A stretch of DNA of 64,000 nt from Takakia lepidozioides (lineage: Eukaryota > Plantae > Bryophyta): positions 70,370,001-70,434,000 of the forward strand of contig CM060731.1 of assembly GCA_030704615.1 (NCBI GenBank), written 5' to 3'. Shown piece after piece: positions 63,111 through 64,000 of the stretch. The notes beneath the pieces were generated by a model. It had not been told where the DNA came from. It saw nothing but the letters and a program-made list of their open reading frames with translations, and made no database searches. The number at the start of each line of letters is the position of its first letter. Position 1 is the stretch's first letter. The translations under genes and the position numbers were made by a program.

Positions 63111-64000
63111 AAACTGGGATTGCCATTCCCATTTTATCTACTTGACTTGACCAAGGCTTCGCCTTGCTCCGCACTACTAGCTACTACTTCTCATAACAAA
63201 GTCTACATACACGGGGTAAATTGAAGTTTTATGAAAAGATGAACATTTATTGGCTTTTCCCTATAAGGGAGAGACCACCCATTGGTGCCAAAAATGAGTA
63301 AGATCCTGATATACCTCCACTACATAGTACCTACATGAAGCACATAACCCTCCCCCACTTGAATGCTAGCTTGAATGTACCTTGATTGGATAAGACCCAT
63401 AAATGAAACCACAAAAAGGTGGCATAAGTACAAAATATTGGATGTTTTATGCAGAGTTTCATCTATTTTCGGACAGAAGGACACGGGTCGAAACGGATGA
63501 CAAAATCCCTTGTACCGATGAAGTTCGTTGAATGGACGTCATTTGTGGCGTTCAATACCCTAGAATGTCGAGGAGATGGAGAGAGGACTGCGGCAAGGCA
63601 AGGATGCTAGCAGTAAGGTTTGTATAGAGCATGGATAGCTTAAGGAGCAGGTGTAGAGTTTGGCTCATCCAAGAGGGCCGAATTTCAAGCTCAAGATTAC
63701 CTATGATTCCCTCTGGATCCATAGCTACAAGAAACCTGCATTGGTAGATGGTCAACTGGAAGTCGCAGCAGCAGCGGCACAATTGATAAATCAGGCACTG
63801 CTAATGAAGGTACCTTCTTCAACACATTTCACCCTGTTTTTTCCTCTTATCAGAATCGGCCCTAAAATTCCATGTTGAGTTCTAAAAATTAGCCGGTTGA
63901 GTGAATCTTTGATAATTTGGAGTGACTTTGACATGATATTGCCAACGTGACAACAAGAAAGTAAACAAAAACACGTAACATAGATGAGGAGTAGTTGTGG

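Overview
Eukaryotic, intron-rich land-plant DNA. It looks like a non-seed plant such as a bryophyte, but that is inferred from gene content and the species cannot be fixed. The first ~9.7 kb is most of a Ty3/Gypsy LTR retrotransposon; its 5' LTR is not in the window. Its broken but reconstructable polyprotein reads gag (2 zinc knuckles) - aspartic protease - a complete C5 cytosine DNA methyltransferase domain (DNMT3-like, catalytic motifs intact) - RT - RNase H - integrase - PHD finger. A PPT and a 529-bp 3' LTR with an 85-bp terminal direct repeat and stacked hairpins follow. This methyltransferase-plus-histone-reader retrotransposon is the main finding. It sits in a ~135-bp tandem repeat that carries a tRNA B-box-like motif. 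The region from 10 to 35 kb is a nest of decayed TEs (TIR elements/MITEs, an L1-like LINE, an RLE-type LINE 3' end and ~85-bp copies of its structured tail, palindromic repeats). It also holds a LYRM1-like gene, an F-box/kelch gene and an SMP-30/gluconolactonase fragment. The region from 36 to 63 kb holds ordinary minus-strand plant genes: DWF1/DIMINUTO sterol reductase, myosin VIII and a BRANCHLESS TRICHOME-like coiled-coil gene.
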